In this document: positions 63,270 through 64,000 of the stretch, in pieces
Position numbering within the stretch: position 1 is the first letter of the stretch
Layout of the letters: each line of letters opens with the position of its first letter
The notes under the pieces: generated by a model
Seen by the model: the letters and a program-made list of their open reading frames with translations, nothing else
Database searches by the model: none
Told to the model about the DNA's origin: nothing
Assembly (NCBI GenBank): GCA_021613535.1
Contig: CP075495.1
Coordinates: forward strand, 15,376,001-15,440,000
DNA from: Adineta vaga
Lineage: Eukaryota > Animalia > Rotifera
DNA: 64,000 nucleotides
Reading direction: 5' to 3'
Program-made: the position numbers and the translations under genes

Positions 63270-64000
63270 TTATTGAGTTTCTGTACTCGAAGACACTCGG
63301 GCGGATCGACGACACTGACGAACAAGCTGAAGAACTATACCTATTCCATGCCAAACAATCAATCGTAAAGCAATTGTTAGTCCACCATAGAGTCCTAATA
63401 AAGTCGTCAATATGTAAATGAAATCATTTTGCTTAACATATGAATATTGACATGTTGCAGGAGCACATTCATGAAAATAACTTGAATAATTTGATATATT
63501 AGACCAAGTTTCAATAAAAAGATTATCAATTAACGAACCAATTGTTGTTGTATTTGATATATGTTGAATATTAGCAGATAAGTTGAGAGCTATTAGTGAA
63601 GTTGAAACATTGATCAATGTTGTAAGTATATTTAGACATGTTTGATCATATAGACATTCAAATGTTGATACACGAAGTCCAAAGACTGCTGAACATCCAG
63701 CATTAAAACCTAAAAAATCAGACTGAGTTGATCGATAAAGTGCCACAAATCTTATTATAATTACCTGGAAAAGTAATTGTAGTATTGGTACTCGGTCTCA
63801 AAAAGTTTAATGTTCTTGAACATGTTGACATGCCTGCAGCACAAATACATGTATTATTATTGTATGTAACTGGAACGGTACGAAATACGTAAGATTCTTC
63901 TAAAGTCGAATATGTCATTTTCCAACTCGACATAAATTGATCTTGAAGTTGATTGGATTGATGTGCATTTATAATAAACGTAAATGTATCACGAAAATTC
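63270..64000 (-). CDS. C-terminal part of a large Cys-rich membrane protein (5' end outside the window)
   Basis: CICAAGMSTC...FPG/FNAGCS...STFECLYDQTCL...NYSSYFHECAPATCQYSY...TTLLGLYGGLTIALRLIV; 55-bp intron 63764-63710 joins the two ORFs. Confidence 0.75.

Noticed and set aside
1-64000. tRNA, rRNA or SL RNA genes; bacterial contamination
   Set aside because: No cloverleaf or rRNA-like segments were recognised by eye (a covariance-model scan would be needed to exclude them). The foreign-looking genes have host-like composition and abut intron-rich metazoan genes.

Overview
AT-rich eukaryotic DNA with mostly ~50-60 bp GT-AG introns, expanded F-box genes, an LDLa/EGF-7TM receptor, many MITEs and several non-metazoan-looking genes. 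This profile fits a bdelloid rotifer best (inference). The left half is dominated by a three-gene minus-strand cassette (NTMT1-family methyltransferase > ethanolamine kinase > 6-phosphogluconolactonase) repeated three times about 13-14 kb apart. The copies are mosaics of one another. In copies 2 and 3 the kinase-PGLS gap is 91 bp and carries a poly(A) signal and an unpaired splice acceptor, as in a trans-spliced operon. Interleaved with the cassettes are F-box genes (two sharing a 639-bp inverted near-identical tract), foldback MITEs and pseudogenes. Left of the first cassette are an intronless ubiquitin-like/cysteine-dioxygenase fusion, a membrane-anchored RING protein and a non-autonomous Helitron. 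The right half holds IQCM-like, SnoaL-like, Mps1/TTK-like, novel-PKC-like and GPCR genes, a frameshifted LDLa/EGF-GPCR, a bacterial-type deaminase and a GH27 alpha-galactosidase with a premature stop. All calls come from reading the sequence by hand and recalling family motifs; no database searches were run.
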